A model generated the notes under the pieces. The model worked only from the letters and a program-made list of their open reading frames with translations. It made no database searches and had not been told where the DNA came from. A DNA stretch of 64,000 bases, taken from positions 576,001 through 640,000 of the forward strand of contig CAUVWX020000001.1 in the NCBI GenBank assembly GCA_963555815.3, read 5' to 3'. A program made the position numbers and the translations under genes. Below, piece after piece: positions 62,301 through 64,000 of the stretch (its first letter is position 1; every line of letters begins with the position of its first letter). Source of the DNA: a bacterium. GTDB taxonomy: Bacteria; UBA8248; JACPRG01; G963555815.

Positions 62301-62387
62301 GCCGAAGTGGTGGAATTGGTAGACACGCCATCTTGAGGGGGTGGTGGGGGAAACCCCGTAGGAGTTCGAGTCTCCTCTTCGGCACCA
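62301..62387 (+). tRNA. tRNA-Leu(GAG)
   Basis: GCCGAAGTGGTGGAATTGGTAGACACG-CCATC-TTGAGGG-GGTGG, long variable arm, GTTCGAG, CCA end; TTGACA at 62240-62245 upstream. Confidence 0.97.
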
Positions 62388-62415
62388 GCTTCAATCGTCA
62401 TCCTGCCCTAAAGCC

Positions 62416-62739
62416 TCAAGGCGCCACTTCCCATTCGGCGTTGCTGGTGTTGTAGGCCGTGGTGTGGACCCTGCCGTCCCGCTTAAAATAAATCTTCAGT
62501 TCTTTGTGTCGCTCCGTCTCAAAAATGACCTTCTCGATGTAACGGTAGGTCCAAGTCACATAGCCGCCCTCCAGCCCTCTCTCATGCGGGCTTCCAAGCA
62601 ATTCCTGAATGTCGCTCTGGGTCGTCTCGTTGGCTTGAATCTGAAGAGTGGCCTGCTGATTGAAGTCGCGCCCGACGGTCACGCAACCCCCCACGAAGAG
62701 AATTCCTAAGACAAAGAGCCATTTGCCGAACCTGTTCAT
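62416..62739 (-). CDS. SmpA/BamE-like lipoprotein
   Basis: Lipobox-like VGGC; TTQSDIQELLGSP, WTYRY. Confidence 0.8.
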   Translation of the reverse strand: MNRFGKWLFVLGILFVGGCVTVGRDFNQQATLQIQANETTQSDIQELLGSPHERGLEGGYVTWTYRYIEKVIFETERHKELKIYFKRDGRVHTTAYNTSNAEWEVAP

Positions 62740-62756
62740 TGAGTCCTCCTTTTCAT

Positions 62757-63527
62757 TCAGCCTTTCCCAACGATGATGTTGGGGATGAGGTTGGCGAACC
62801 AGACGAAGTGAAGGCCGAGGGGGTCCTTCCCCCCATCTTTCAGGGTGGCCCTGACGGAAGAAGAGTGCACGCCCACCAGGTAGACCCGCCGGCGCGACAG
62901 GGGGTCATCGCCCCGCTTGCGCGCGGGGAGCGACGAGGGTTTCAGAATGACGGGGGAGCCGCTGGTCCCCGGGTGAAGGCTCGCATCGATCAAGACAAGG
63001 GGCCTTCCCTGAAAGGGTACGGGGTAGGGGGAGGCCAGCGTCGCATAGCGAATGATGGGGAGGTTGTGGAACTCATCGTGGTAGCCCCTCGGGTAGCCGA
63101 TGACCAGAAGTTCCTGGCCCAGCTCAAAGCCCAGGGCGCCCGGCAAGAAGTCGGCCTCGGAGAGAGCTGAGATGAAGAGGGTTTTTTCGGCGGCGCGCTT
63201 TCGGATCTCATCGACTTCGATGCAGAGGATGTCGGAGTCGCCGGACGGGTCCTCGAGCCAGCGGGGGGAGCCGTCTTCCCGATAGATGGGGAGGGTGACC
63301 CACGTGTTCTTCCGCAGGTCGCGGGCGTCCTCGTGGAGATGGAGGCGGAAGTGGGTGGGACGGAAGTCGCGCTTCTCACTGAGGGCCACGTGGCGGTTCG
63401 TGACGAGGAAGAGCCGCTTCTCCCTGGTGAAGAAGAAGCCGGTGGCCGTCCCGATCTCCTTGTCCTCCTGAAGGGGCTTTATCAGGACGACGCTCAAAAG
63501 GACCGGATTAAGCTTTGGCTTGGCCAT
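62757..63527 (-). CDS. Trypsin-like serine protease
   Basis: ATGF, VTNRHV, DSD, IGYP, PGTSGSP; real start probably ATG 63527. Confidence 0.88.
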   Translation of the reverse strand: MAKPKLNPVLLSVVLIKPLQEDKEIGTATGFFFTREKRLFLVTNRHVALSEKRDFRPTHFRLHLHEDARDLRKNTWVTLPIYREDGSPRWLEDPSGDSDILCIEVDEIRKRAAEKTLFISALSEADFLPGALGFELGQELLVIGYPRGYHDEFHNLPIIRYATLASPYPVPFQGRPLVLIDASLHPGTSGSPVILKPSSLPARKRGDDPLSRRRVYLVGVHSSSVRATLKDGGKDPLGLHFVWFANLIPNIIVGKG

Positions 63528-63612
63528 AGGGATACCGTATGGCAAATAAAACCCCCGGCCCAAGAGGACCAGGGGTCGATCTTTCTTCGGGCTGGACGGT
63601 TCAGGCCCAAGC

Positions 63613-63936
<324 letters not shown>

Positions 63937-64000
63937 TCAGAAAACGGGCCGCCATACACTCTTCAGGGCCCTGTCGAGGGCCCGATGAACAACGGCCACT
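63937..64000 (-). CDS. 3' end of a gene running off the window
   Basis: ...VAVVHRALDRALKSVWRPVF* ends just before the ferredoxin RBS. Confidence 0.4.
   Translation of the reverse strand, partial: VAVVHRALDRALKSVWRPVF

Overview
GC-rich chromosomal segment from a diderm bacterium. The gene style is loosely Deltaproteobacteria/Nitrospinota/Tectomicrobia-like, but taxonomy cannot be fixed from this window. Housekeeping content: rph-rdgB-tRNA-Pro, pyrE, split transketolase, a stand-alone EF-G paralogue, thiE-thiL, murU/amgK-like pair, LeuC/LeuD-family dehydratase, gap-pgk-tpiA-secG, a peptide ABC transporter and tRNA-Leu. It also holds a complete A1-type cytochrome c oxidase operon with assembly genes, a Fur/PerR plus P1B-4 ATPase operon, and a decayed exopolysaccharide region next to tRNA-Pro. 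The main hidden signal is three genes that the ORF track splits at in-frame TGA codons lying exactly at redox-active Cys positions, each followed by a SECIS-like hairpin. These are a UxxC glutaredoxin (6374-6613), a CxxU AhpD protein (37128-37667) and a UxxC TlpA (51831-52382) at the head of the ccdA/cytochrome oxidase cluster. The AhpD gene also has a highly structured, unassigned 5' leader. The glutaredoxin leads a thiol/metal cluster (zinc-ribbon protein, two TlpA, MerE, Usp). All calls are by eye from motifs; no database searches were run.
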